A DNA stretch of 62,101 bases, filler included, from Choristocarpus tenellus KU-1152 (Eukaryota; Protista; Phaeophyceae): the NCBI GenBank assembly GCA_964200185.2. It is 9 parts of 9 records of this genome, joined end to end, with 100 filler letters (N's around TTAATTAATTAA, not from the genome) between each part and the next. Parts side by side here need not be neighbours in the genome. Positions count along the whole stretch, not along the records: positions 12,945 to 16,446 come from CAXNAD020019594.1; positions 16,547 to 22,466 come from CAXNAD020009414.1; positions 22,567 to 26,517 come from CAXNAD020016978.1; 6 more parts are not named here. The stretch is one strand, 5' to 3'. The notes below the pieces were generated by a model. That model had not been told where the DNA came from, made no database searches, and worked only from the letters and a program-made list of their open reading frames with translations. The position numbers and the translations under genes are program-made. Below, in pieces: positions 13,469 through 26,000 of the stretch (position 1 is the first letter of the stretch; each line of letters begins with the position of its first letter).

Positions 13469-14789
13469 CTAAATACCTGGCATGTTTCCAAATTAAAGCC
13501 AGTGTTACCTCAGTTTCTTTTCTAACACAATACAATAAAGTCAATACTAGTATAAAACAAAAATAATTCAATAAATAATGTCAATATCCATTCACAATGA
13601 AAAGGTACACCCCCTTAGTATCTTCCCGCAAACCACAAAAAAATCTCACACAATAGGTTAGGGTTTGAACGCTTTGTTACCTGTGTGGAAACCCCTATAC
13701 ATATTAACATTACATTATTGTCTGAGGTCCACTCCACTAGTGCAAACGCCTACACCAACACCAGGTATCCAGATACCAAGGCAACAAACCAACCATAAAC
13801 CTACAAAGTGTGAGCCTCTGACCTTCAGAGCTACGAGGAGGCAATGGTTTCACAGTCTTTTCAGGGTGTATCAGTGATAAATATAGAAAATCGAGAAATA
13901 CCATATATATATCCATCATCCTACATATCGAGATAGCAGTCAAGGATGGTAGACAAGGTAGACAAAAAGTTGGTATCAGGGAGAAATGGGTCGAAGAGGC
14001 CTTCATTTGACATCTTTGCACAAAAAGATAAACACAAAAAGATACACACAAAAAGAACTGGGGCGAATAATCCTCAACAACAGCAATTGGTTCTGATGGA
14101 AGAGATGTGATCAGTGTTGAGGCAAATGTGCTAGAGAGTACAAGTCGCATTCAGCGGCTTCGTAAATGCCTGTTTAATGTGCCTGTATATTGTCATTATT
14201 TTGTCTTCACAATTTTTCCTGACCAGACAAGGTAGCGTCCTACCATCTTAGTTTTTATGCGTTCTGAATCTGAATTAATCTAAATCAACTTCAGTCCAAA
14301 ATATGAAGACTAATTGATCATTAAGTCGTATTCATCTTATGCATCTCTCTGAGCGCACCATCACCCACACTACGCACTAAGGACTTGTCCTAGCTCTTTT
14401 TGCAACAAGTATTCCTTGACTGTTGTTCTGATGGAAAAGCTGCCATCAGAAGTGGAATTAATGATCCTGAAGAGATTTCGGTGGTGAATGATCCTGCAAT
14501 AATAAACAGTAATATAATAGTGAAGATTATGCTGTACAATGTGTGTTGCTAACATCAAAACTACAGTAAAAATATTCAATTATGCTCACTAAGACATTGT
14601 GGGGATTGTCATAAAAAATATGTATAAATATAAATACTCGTAGGAAAGATGGAAACCAAAAAAAAAAGAGAGAGTCTGATGAAGAGGAAATAGCACTTGA
14701 AGAATGTTACAAACAGAACAACAGGAGAGGACTACTATATCATGAACACCAACCACAGTAATAGGGTATGTAAAAGAATTGACAAGAAA

Positions 14790-15048
14790 GAGCCAAAATA
14801 TCTTAGAGGGTAGAGCCGCTTCCATTTGGGGGCTAAAATCCAATGTTGCGATTTTGATATAATTTTTGTCATCATGTTTGTTAGGAAGTGTCAATATCCA
14901 TGTTCTGAACACACCTTTTCATAACATATAGATTTTACCTACTCCGAAACATTTTGGAGTAGGAAAACGTCACTAAAAAACCTATGGGAACCCAAGCTCC
15001 AAATGGACAAACAGGGCAAAACTCGTACCCTCTAAGATACTTTCGCTC
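14790..15048 (+). mobile_element. MITE family A
   Basis: Full-length homolog; TSD AAA. Confidence 0.9.
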
Positions 15049-15194
15049 AAAACATAAAAAGATCTCAGATCGACTCTATGAAGGTAGATGAGGTATGAGT
15101 GAAGAATCCCACAAATCCGCCAATATTCTCCTAGCCCATCCACCTGAGTTTCTGGTTCAAAGCCTAACTCTCATCTGGAGATTGACAGCTGACG

Positions 15195-15485
15195 ATCGAT
15201 CTGTCATAGGCGTGTCTTCATCTCTCTCCTCCCACTACACTCCTACCACATACGTCACAAGTCACTAGCTCATCCAGAAATGCTTCTGCCTGTGTGCCAA
15301 GACACCCAAAGCTTTCTGCCACAAAGAATGCACTGAGGTTCAAACTACGAGGGTTAAAAGATCCCTCATGGTGATGTCGCTCCCAGCCTTGGCCGTAGCA
15401 GCAGCGACGCCATTGCTGTTTGTGAATTTGGGAGGTGGCTGCCACCTTGTATCTCAGCGAAGGCCATATCAAGGAGTAATCCCTT
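15195..15485 (-). mobile_element. CRE-type restriction-like endonuclease (RLE) fragment
   Basis: LLLDMAFAE...GSFNPRSLNLSAFFVAESFGCLGTQAEAFLDEL; homologous to 21400-21640. Confidence 0.8.
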
Positions 15486-15963
15486 CATAATAAAATAATC
15501 TACAAACTAGGGGTCTATTAATATAATCTTATATGTGCAAGTAATACTTTGTGACCTAATACTGTAATGAAGTACTACCTGTGGAGTGTAGAGTGTTATG
15601 TGTGAGTAGGGAAGGTGTGCATACTCTCCATATAACTATCTGAACATGGACGTATATTTGGTGGGCAAGAATGACAACATTGTGTCGGTGAAGGATCAAG
15701 TAAAGTACAAGCACGATGTTTGGGTAGCAACAACAGCAGTAGAGCTCAAAGATCCCTCGCAGATGACACTCCAGTGGATTGTGTATGCAGTTAAGTTGTG
15801 TGATTGTGCAGTATGATGGATAAATAGTGTGTAGGGTGGAAAGGGACTGAGTAAGTGCGAAATTTAATCATTACACACAATATGTGAACGGTCCAGTGTG
15901 GTATTCATATCACAAACAGTTGAACACACTAGGGGATGGCTTACTTTGTGGTAATGGGCATGG

Positions 15964-16224
15964 GAATCAAAGTAACTTGGAGGGTAGAGTCACGTCCGTT
16001 TGGGGGTCAAAATTCAATGTTGCGATGTTGATGTAATTTTGGCTATCGTGTTTGTTAAGAAGTGTCAACATCCTTGTTCCAGACATGCCTTTCTATAACG
16101 TATACATTTAACCTACTCTGAAACATTTTGGAGTAGGTAAAATCTCATTTAGAAAAAACGTGGGAATCCAAGTCCCAAATGGATAAACAGGGCAAAACTC
16201 ATATCCTCTAAGATACTCTCACTC
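15964..16224 (+). mobile_element. MITE family A
   Basis: Full-length homolog; TSD ATG or ATGG (ambiguous). Confidence 0.88.
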
Positions 16225-16546
16225 ATGGGTGTGAGGTGTGAGGTATGATGAGTAAATTCTGTTGAAGTTGTAAAGGGTGGCTAGAATCCTAGTGTGGAAT
16301 GGACTGAGTCATAGTGTAAAATTCAGGTGGAGGGTGCAGTCAGCGTGTATTTTTCGAATATGGGCAACATCATCCATAACCGTCCACAATTTAAGGACCC
16401 TCTGTTGAAAGGGTCATAATACCAAACCTGTCGATACGCCCTAACCNNNNNNNNNNNNNNNNNNNNNNNNNNNNNNNNNNNNNNNNNNNNTTAATTAATT
16501 AANNNNNNNNNNNNNNNNNNNNNNNNNNNNNNNNNNNNNNNNNNNN

Positions 16547-17330
16547 CTTCTTGGGACGGGCAGTGGTGAAGATGAGGGAACTCAAGCTGCAAGATGAGCT
16601 CGGAATCGACCCCATTGTGGCAGGGAATTCCAACCCTCCCTCTACGGAGGAGGCTGGGAAAGACCTATACATCCTATCGGAGGAGGTAATTTGTACCATG
16701 TTGACGGTTTTTACCCTCTCGACGTTCTCGCCTGAGTGCATCCTTTGGAAAATATCCTTGTACCTGTATGCGTATTCGGTAGGACTGTATACAGGCTCTG
16801 GTACCAACTTAAACGACGCCTGTGTAAAACGAACCCATTTTTTCTTGAAACGTCCACCCCACCCCTGTGTTTCAAAGGTTGGAAGGAGCTTGCTCGTGAA
16901 AGGTGTTGAAAAGGGTGACATCTTCCTAAAGATTGTGGAAGGCTCCGAGGGTGTTGCCCTCCCCAAAGGACTAGGAGGTGAGGTCAAACAAATAAATGAC
17001 ATGATGGTAAATGGAGCAGCGATAGAGGATCAATGAATTTACCCCTCCTCTGGTTGCGAAGAAGTACCGCCAGACCTGAAATAGGTTTTAGTCAAGAATG
17101 TCATAGTGTATTGACACGCAACCCCGTCTCCCATTTCTATGAATGGATAATGATATAGAACCCATTCTCTTTCTTTCTTTCTTTCTTTGCTGATTGTATT
17201 GACGCATACACGGTTCTCGTCTGTTTCCCACCCCCCTGACATCTCAAAAACATCAAAGATAACCATAACGATTTCGTGCAGGGGAAGAACACAACTCGCA
17301 TACACTGGCCTTAATTGTGCATGTTCCTCA
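16547..17330 (-). pseudogene. Unknown coding remnant divergent from the 17450 gene
   Basis: Two consecutive protein-like ORFs (17039-17305, 16547-17002) separated by a possible short gtaa intron. Confidence 0.35.
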
Positions 17331-17449
17331 CTTCCGCATAAAAATAACTAGCGAGTTCACCTTAAGGACCATTGTACATGTTTTGACACAACTGCAAAAA
17401 TTTACAAGTTCCCCTAACCCAGACGACAACACACACAAGATACTTTTCC

Positions 17450-18742
17450 GCATCCACTCCTGACATCCGTTCCGCACACTGCTCCAGATTCTAGGCGTGC
17501 CACCTGCGTTGTCATCGCGCCAGGCAACACCAGTTCTGGGGTCCATGACACGGACGATGCATGGACCAAGCTGAGGAGTTCGTTCAATGATGGCTTGTCT
17601 GTCGTCTCTACTTCTGCACCCAGGGGGGGTGGTCCACGTGTTTGCCATGCTGCAGGGGAATTGTGACACTGAGAAGGAGGAAGGCTTCGCACGCAAGCTG
17701 GCCAAACTATGTTGCAAGTGGTGGCCAGACGCTAACCGTGCGCATCAAAAGGATGGGGGCCTTCGCGGCGATCTGGACGAGCCTGAGGGTGTCCGCACCT
17801 CCCCTCTTCCAGTTCTTGCCGAGAGTGATTCGGAAGATGACCTCGTATCCGCTCCCATTGGGTGGGATGCCATCGACTCCGACATGGAAGAAATGCAGTT
17901 GCCACCCACAGGATGTCGGACGACTGAGACACGTAATGTGGAATCAGTCCAGGATGACGAGAGCGATGACAGTTCTTCAGCAAGTGGAGAGGTTGGTGTC
18001 GAAGAGGTCGATGCATCCTGTCGATCCTCCCCCCCCGTAAAGCGAAGGAGGTCTTCAGGGGATGTTGCTGTTGTCAGGGATTGAGGATCCACACAAGGTT
18101 CTGCTTCCAAAAAATGCATTCCCACTCGCAAGGGGAAGCGTTTGCCTGCGACTCCGCCAGCAACCTTGCTGGAGAATATATTCTCTCCGGTGCATGGTGG
18201 TGGGGAAGCATCATCCCAGAACACCACATCTGAGTCGAAGGGGAGTGATGTGGACTTGCCGGACAGTGAAGACGAACTGCCCATGTGGGAGGATGGTTAG
18301 TTTAACATCGGAAAGACAGATCGATTCCTTGAGGCTTGCGCGGAGGAACTCTTCCGCTCGGCAAACCTATCCTCATCGACATATTATCGTGTGCAAACCT
18401 GTGTCCTTCAACAGGTTATTTGTGACCACGGTTTCAGTTTTTTTAAAAATCAAATCTGCGAATCTTCTTGTCCTTGGTGATCAGTGCTACGTGCACAAGG
18501 GAATCCTCCAAGGCTTGTGCCATGGTGTGGGTAATGTCAAGAAGGTGCTGTGTGTAAACGACATAGAAGCACTCGCAGCAAGAATAGCTGTGTTTCTCTC
18601 TCGTGTCGAGGCAGAACTGTGGAATGACAAGTACTCCTCCCCCCTTAATCTTCGGCATGTGTTGACAGAGGTTTACCCAAAGCTGATAGATTGGTGGAAG
18701 GAAGGGAGGTGCGACTTCACACATGCTCACCAGCTCAAGTAG
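17450..18742 (+). pseudogene. Unknown spliced gene with an acidic linker, in-frame stops and a ~70-nt intron (~18415-18484)
   Basis: The frame of ORF 17587 reads through TGA (18082) and TAG (18298) to QTCVLQQ|gt..cag|CYVHKGILQG...HAHQLK*. Confidence 0.55.
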
Positions 18743-18799
18743 ATTTTTTTGTTTCAGGTTGAACTTAAAGTAAGAGTGTTTTTTTCGCCGTCTTTATTA

Positions 18800-19650
18800 T
18801 ATCTGATCCTTGCGTAATGTGTCCAACAACCAGGTTTGCACGGTCTGGACCAATATTTGTATTTGTACACTCTTTAGTTGTACCTTTGGATTTTGTAGTT
18901 TATGACTGGCAGGGTAATCCTAATTAAAGACAAATTCAATGGAAACGTTCTCCCTACTGTGAAATATTCGACTTGATCAAGTCCATTGTGTCCTTCTCTT
19001 ACCAAATAGTGAATCAGCTTTGGTTCAATATTTGTGTTCTCATGTTGATATTGTATTTCCCCAAATCTTTTACGACAGAGCACACCTCATAAATACAAGC
19101 GTAGTATCCCGCGGGATGACACATTTTCACCCCCTAAACAGTCCTTCTGATGCGAAGCGAAGTTGACAACCTTTAACACCAATCAATGTCTAACACAGCA
19201 TATCGTCCTTTTAGCACTGTGAAGGTGAACGTCAGAATTCTTCTCATGTTTTACCTTCACCGTTATGGGGTGCTTTGGTGATGTAAGGATAACACCGTTT
19301 GGGAATTTATAGTTTACAGATACTATGGTCGTATACCCTAACAAACATCCAAAACTTGGTCCAACCTTTTGAATAAAGGAGGATACGCTTCTGTCTTAGT
19401 TTCAATGATCGAATACTGTTCCTTATAAACATGTAAACTTTGATGAAGCTTGTATTGCTGTGCGTCGTAGCTCTGGAACATGTATCCTCTGCGCCAAAGT
19501 ACCACATTCTTATATGTCAGTAAGGTTTGTATACATCCAAAATTAGGAGTGCGTCTGTCAACAGGCTGTCTCCCTAATGGTGTCACAATGTTTACATAAT
19601 GGGTTTCACTGTACAATCATCGGCCAAGGATTTGGCCACATTGTTCCTGA
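18800..19650 (-). pseudogene. Unknown short-intron coding remnant convergent with the 17450 gene
   Basis: Protein-like segments (RRTPNFGCIQTLLTYKNVVLWRRGYMF; YTTIVSVNYKFPNGVILTSPKHPITVK|gtaa; EPKLIHYL|gtaag). Confidence 0.35.
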
Positions 19651-20052
19651 CCCTAAGTAATTGACGATTTAATGACACAAAAAGATGACCCCCCTATTTC
19701 CCATAATTCCAAAGCCAAAAGAGATTTGCATACAAGCAGGCACATGTGATACATTGTTCATGCTACGCTTCTCACCAAATCGACCTACATCCGTGACACG
19801 ACCCACCCCTCACCCACATGGACAGTTGTCAACCCAACCCGCTAGCCACAACACTACAATCATGTGGACATACTCCAAACAATCAACCTATAGCCCGTCG
19901 ACAAACCTTTTCCTAACCCTTTCCACCTCCAGCATACCACTCGCTAACCCTAACAAAATACCATAAATACCAGACTATCGACCTACACGTACGTGAACAA
20001 CTTCTTCATGTCATACCCAACCATATTTACATCGATCACACAATTTAGACCC

Positions 20053-20148
20053 TAGATTTTAAAATTTCAATTAAGGAATTACAAGAATATTCGTCACTGT
20101 ACAGTGATTAATATTCTTGTAATTCCTTAATTGAACTTTTAAGATCTA
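20053..20148. repeat. 96-bp near-perfect palindrome with no loop
   Basis: 48-bp arms with 4 mismatches, centred on cactgt|acagtg. Confidence 0.95.
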
Positions 20149-20999
20149 TACACCAACAAATAAAACTACTCGATTAACTCGAAGTAATCCGACTAATTCC
20201 AAACCCTACTAGTGATGCCTCTTCACAACGGATGTAGACATTTGTTTACATCACGAACTACCAGTTAAAACTACCAGTTAACCCTAATGAATGACCATTT
20301 TTTCAATACTTCATGAACAAAAGCACGCGAAAATGGGCACTCCACCATATACTTTAACCAGTCTCCAACCATTCCTTTCACTAATTCAAGTGCAAATTCG
20401 AAAATCCTCAAAGTAGTGACAGTCTATTTTACTGGAGACTTTAACTTACCACGACCATAATAACTAAGTGTAATTCACACACATATCTACGAAACACACC
20501 TTCAATCCCGCGCATATAAGCAACTTACCCAACAAACGCGATATATATGGTAAAATGGACCCCAAATGGACACCCGCCCCCCCCTCCCAGATACTTTGGC
20601 CCATGTCTGTCACAAATGTTCGTGTTTGCTAAAACATGAGAAGGAAAGCTCGCGTTATTCACGTGTAACAAATGCTCGCACTTCGTTGGAACACAAGAAG
20701 AAATGCTCGCGCTATTCGCCTGTAACATGCCCCCCAGCGTGAACTAGCAATACATGTTTCACGCTTACCACAGGCGATTGTCACCGATGAAGACAATAGA
20801 TATCATCAATCACCTTAGATCATCCTGTTGCAAAAAGGAGGAGAAAAAAAAGATACCGTACTCCTACTAGGTCCACAACATCTATCCTTAACTCACTTGG
20901 GAAAAATCTGTCTACATCTAGCCTAATCTGAGGATATATTCACTCTCTCTAAAGTACAGCTTCCCTAGAGTGCCAAGTATCATCTGATTCTTGCCTGTC

Positions 21000-22015
21000 T
21001 CTCTAGCACGCCACCGGAGCCAGTGTGGACAAGGGGCAAATGCATGGGCCTTGACACAACCCCTGGAGCCGGTATGCCAGATCCCCCCCACAGAGTTAAC
21101 TGCCAGCCGATCTCTAGGGAGGGACGAGGCCCTATCAAACAGTTACACAGTGACTGGGTGCAGGAGGCAAAATGTTGACACCAGACATGGCCGCACCTGC
21201 CCCAGGGCAGGAGACCAGGTTCGTCAACACACCCCTATGGTGAGATATCTCAGTCAACTATGCAAGGGAATGGGCATCCCTTGCACTATGGAGGACGGCA
21301 ACCCTTTCAAAGTGGACAGGAATTTCCGCATGGATCTGGTGTTCCATGCAGGGGCACTTGCGGACACCGGATCAGCCCCTTACCGGGACAAACGTCTCCT
21401 GCTAGATGTTGCGTTCACAGAAGTGCAGGCAACCTCCCACCTTCCCCACTCATCTACCAGTAATGGAGTAGCTGGTGCTACAGCTGAGGGGCGAAAGCCC
21501 ACCTACTGCGAGGGCTCTTTTAACCCTCGTAGTTACAACCTCAACACCTTCGTGGTGGAAAGGTTTTGGGCGCCTTGGGAAACAAGCGGAGAGTTTCCTG
21601 GATGAGCTACCTACGACCGTGGTAGGGGGGAGAGGGAAGGAGGTTGTAGAAGGAAGGGGACTGTCAAATCCTGTCTACGACAGATAGTTTCTGTCACAAG
21701 ACAGGTAGCCCTACCCAGACGGGTCATACGATTTGAGCTGGAGACACCATGGAGATGGGCAAGGAGATGCTTGTTACATTCGTGGGATGCCTCCCTAGCC
21801 CCTCACCCTGTAATACAGAACTTGGCTAAGTTAGAGTCACAGGAAGGGAACGGTGTAACATAACTGGTAGTGAAATAGCGAATAGATTAGTGCTTTTCAC
21901 ATTTTTGTCAACTGTTACTTTTTTGGGGTTTATTCTGACATGCGAATAGCTTTGGTTGATTTTTCCTGTGACACACCTGTAAAATGTCAGAGGGTATGAT
22001 AATAAATTATACAGT
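21000..22015 (+). mobile_element. 5'-truncated CRE-type non-LTR element: zinc-knuckle/RLE end plus 3' UTR
   Basis: HGRTCPRAGDQVRQH, RMDLVF...LLLDV, EGRK...FVVERFGRLGKQAESFLDEL (frameshifted). The downstream ~250 bp is shared with the copy at 55015-55470. Confidence 0.85.
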
Positions 22016-23194
22016 ATGCGAAGGAGTATGGTATCAGTAAATACGAATTCTCAAGTCAACACTGTGTGGGACGAGACTCTTTTATTAATTATCCAATCCG
22101 TTTACTGCTCGATAGACTGTAATCATTTCACGGCATTGTGGGGTCTGTTCTGTTCTTTTGTGAAGATCACAAGAGGGTCCATAGCCACAAAGACGAAGGT
22201 GTTAGATAGCATTAGTGGATGAGTGACGACCAGGACTAGGCTTGTGTCCAACAATGCTATCAATAGTGTATTGGCCAGTAACAGACGAGATTTGATAGTC
22301 TACATCCGGCAATTGTAGTGGTTTTCCCCCCCAAAAATAGATTAGTTCATGCAAATCTAGTGTGGGAGGTTGGACTTGAGGATAGTAACATTTCCATCTA
22401 CTCAGATGGACGGAAAATGGACGTGGGTTTTCCAGGTAATACTACCCTGTACACGATGGGTGATACNNNNNNNNNNNNNNNNNNNNNNNNNNNNNNNNNN
22501 NNNNNNNNNNTTAATTAATTAANNNNNNNNNNNNNNNNNNNNNNNNNNNNNNNNNNNNNNNNNNNNCCCCCCCCCCCCCCCCCAGATACTTTGACCCCAG
22601 AATGAACATGAATTGTGTAAATTAGTTCTTCCATTTTATCTTAATATTTTCTGAGGGAGGCACTGACAAGTGAAATTGTGACAAGCCCCGGTTTCCGTTC
22701 TTTGTATTTTAACTCCTGTTCATTTATTTTCCCATACTATATGGACTGATAGTAGAAGTGTCTGACTGGCTGTTTCAAAATTAGTTGGGTAAGTTGTATT
22801 CTGTATTGTGTGATTTTCTTGCAAGTTGGTATCATTATTGTTAGTATTATCAATACTTTCATTACATTTATTAGTGTAATATTAGTAGTGTTAATAGTAA
22901 TATATTATCACTAAGGTTATCATTACACTTGAATGCTTGGTTGTAGACAGTTCTTTGCCACAAGCGATGAATAGGAACATGCATTACTATATAGAGATCA
23001 GTTTCTGGGAAGCATGACCTAGCACTTGTGGTTTGTATTTCAAGCGTACCTCTGTTTGGTGTTATTTAGTGTAATGTGACAGCTCCTGACAGGAGCAACC
23101 GATGGCATGGACGATCCAGACAGGCTTGCCCTATCACTAGAGCCAGGTGTCCAGATAAATGCTATTTTTATTTAGAGTATATATAATAGTAATT

Positions 23195-26000
23195 TAGGGT
23201 TAGGGTTAGGGTTTGAGTGAGGTGGACTTACTGTGGCAGAGTGTATGTGAGTTCCAGTGGATTTGTTCCTAACCCTTATTTGGCATGTTACTTGCAATGG
23301 AGTTTAATACAACGAATATCTGGATACAACATACACCTTTTGGGGTTAGGGTTAGGGTTAGGATTGTTCTTATCGGGGAGAGAATTGTTTGGTGATAACA
23401 TTACATGACTAGGGTAAGGGTCAGGGAAAATAAATAGGAAGGGTCTGGGCTAGCCCTAACCCTAATCCCCAACCTTCGCATTGCTACTAATCCTAACCCT
23501 GATGCTAACGCAGCATGATTGCTTTCCCTAACCTTAAACCCTTTTCATGTCACTTGCTTCACTCCCCTTGTTGCTTGTTTTGTATCATTCTCAGGGCATT
23601 GTGGTGATCCCCATGGGTATGAGCTATGCCCTTCTGGCCAACCTCCCCCCAGTCTATGGTCTCTACACATCAGTCATCCCCCCCGCCATGTACATGCTCT
23701 TTGGCACTTGTCACCAGTTGTCCCTAGGTGTCAGTGCCATTGAGTCTCTCCTCGTTGCAGAGGGGGTGTCCAATGTGATTGGATGGGTAGGCAATGAGGT
23801 TGGAGATCAGTATGGGACCACTCAGGAGAAAATCGACATCAAGGTCAGTCAGAGAGTCAATTGCATTGCTTTTTTTTTCATTAGTATTGCTACTAGTACT
23901 ATTTTCGTAGTTATTATTATTATTATCAAATAAAGTATTTATTTGAAGTTACTGTGATTGTGTACATCAACTCAGTAGTTCTCAAATGCATGAAGTCATA
24001 GCCTGCTTGGTTACTAACATTAGATCATGAATCTGTTTCTGGTGTGGGACAGTGAACTATCCCTAACCCTAGTACTAACGATACTGAAATATATATATGT
24101 TTTAAATCATCTCGGCACATGACACTAACCCTAACCCTACCAATTTATTGTACCGGTTTGATTTGGTGAAAGAGTGAAAGAGAGGTTCATGTTCCCCTTT
24201 CTGATATTTTTGTACACAGAAGAATTGCCAGCACCTTACAAGGAATTACTCTAAATATACAAAATAAAAAGAGTAGAGGAAAGAAAACAGAAACAAACCC
24301 ACAAAGAGCGTCAAAAGTGCTTAAGTGACAACCCTAACCCTAAGCTACCATTCTTTCCCCTGTTACATAGTCCTGTCTTACCATTTATTCCTAACCCTAA
24401 CCCTGACCCTGACTGTTACATAGTTGTATGTTGCATTGACATTGCCTATCATATAGTACTGTCTTGAAGTAACATTTTTATTTACAACAGATATCCACCT
24501 GACTTGTTGGTTTGTGTGTTTACAACAGATATCCTTTTCGTACTTGTTTTCCTGTCCACCTCTAACCCTAACCCTAATATCTACTTTTTTTTCAGAGCTA
24601 ACGGTACCTGATGCCTTTCCACCTCTAACCCTAACCCTAAAATCTACTTCTTTTTTTTCAGAGCTAGCAGTACCTGGTGCCTTTCCATTATTAACAATAC
24701 TTCTCTTCATGGAATTATCTTTGATCAATTTAATTAATTTACCATTTATTAAAACAAACAATATTGTTAGTTTTAATAGACATGATACAGGTTACAGTAA
24801 TAGATTAAATAGTAATCAATCTTCAATAATCAATAATCAATCACGCCATCACGCCATCACGTCATCAATGCGACAGGTGAAGGTTACAATTGCTTTCACC
24901 ATGGCAGTGGGACTGTGGCACATGGTTATGCGACTCTTTGGTGTGGGACTCATCGCCACCCTCCTGGCTGACCCAGTCCTCTCTGGGTTCTCCACAGCTA
25001 GTGCCTTCCTCATTGGTACCTCCCAGCTAAAGCACCTACTTGGCTTTGATCTACCGAGAGCCAGTCTCCCTGTGATATGGTATGAAGCGGTTGCAAACAT
25101 TGGTGATGTTAATTTGACAGCTCTGGCCATTGGAATTGGAGGCATTCTTCTATTATGGGGACTGAGGACAGTAAACCAAAGGGTTCTTCCCAAGATTCCT
25201 CTGCCCACACAGGTGAGGTGGTTGCCCTGTGGCTGTGTGATGAGAGCTCTAGATTTCTGTAAATGTAGTCAGTAGGGAAGTTGTGGAATGTTTTCTACCC
25301 CTCAATTGCGGCTTGAAACTGCTTTGGAGGCACTTGAAGTTGTTCATCTAAATGCTCTTAACCCTAACCCTAACCCTACTAATACTTTTTTTTAGTTTCT
25401 ACGATTAGTGTTGGAGCAAGATGTACTACTACTACTACTACTTAAGGGTTAGGATTAGGGTGCTGTCTATGTCATTATATTAGTGGCACCATTGAGGTTT
25501 TTGTCTTAGTCTTGTAGTATTATAATCCTTACTATTCTTTTATATAGCAGGTTCCGGTTGGCACTAAGCTGAGGAACGTTTATGGTTAGGTGGGAAAACT
25601 TGGCAACTAGTGTTGAATTAAGTACTCTTGAGGTTAGGTATCAAGGTATTCTAAGCCTACCCCAACACTACACTATACGGCCTCAGGAAAGATAATTGAA
25701 CCTGTTGATAAATTTCTTGAGAAAATTCTTCCTGTGAAGACTGTCCCACACCTGAATCATCCCTAACCCAAACCCTTTATGTTTTTGCTATTGTTTGTCA
25801 TGTTCCTCCACACACTGGCTCTGACAGCATTGTTGTTCAAACACTCTCCCCTGTGAAAGGTTATCATATAAGTTTTTGACTGTTTGTTCATTGATAACCT
25901 AATCCTAATCCTAACCCTAACCTTAATCCTTGACAAGTAGTTTGAACTAATTATAAACTTTCCGCCAGGTGTTACTAATGAGTTAGGGTTAGGGTTAGGT
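23195..26000. repeat. Cluster of short interstitial TTAGGG/CCCTAA tracts, both orientations
   Basis: For example 23196, 23343, 23453, 24126, 24391, 24563, 24624, 25359, 25896 and 25983; also 28285, 32028 and 32665. Confidence 0.85.
23595..25212 (+). CDS. SLC26/SulP sulfate-anion transporter, two internal exons (23595-23843, 24877-25212)
   Basis: Family signature GIVVIPMGMSYALLANLPPVYGLYTS...FGTCHQLSLG and LADPVLSGFSTASAFLIGTSQLKHLLG; phase-0 CAG/GT junctions. Confidence 0.93.

Noticed and set aside
23195-26000. True telomere
   Set aside because: Tracts are only 2-3 units, in both orientations, and internal.
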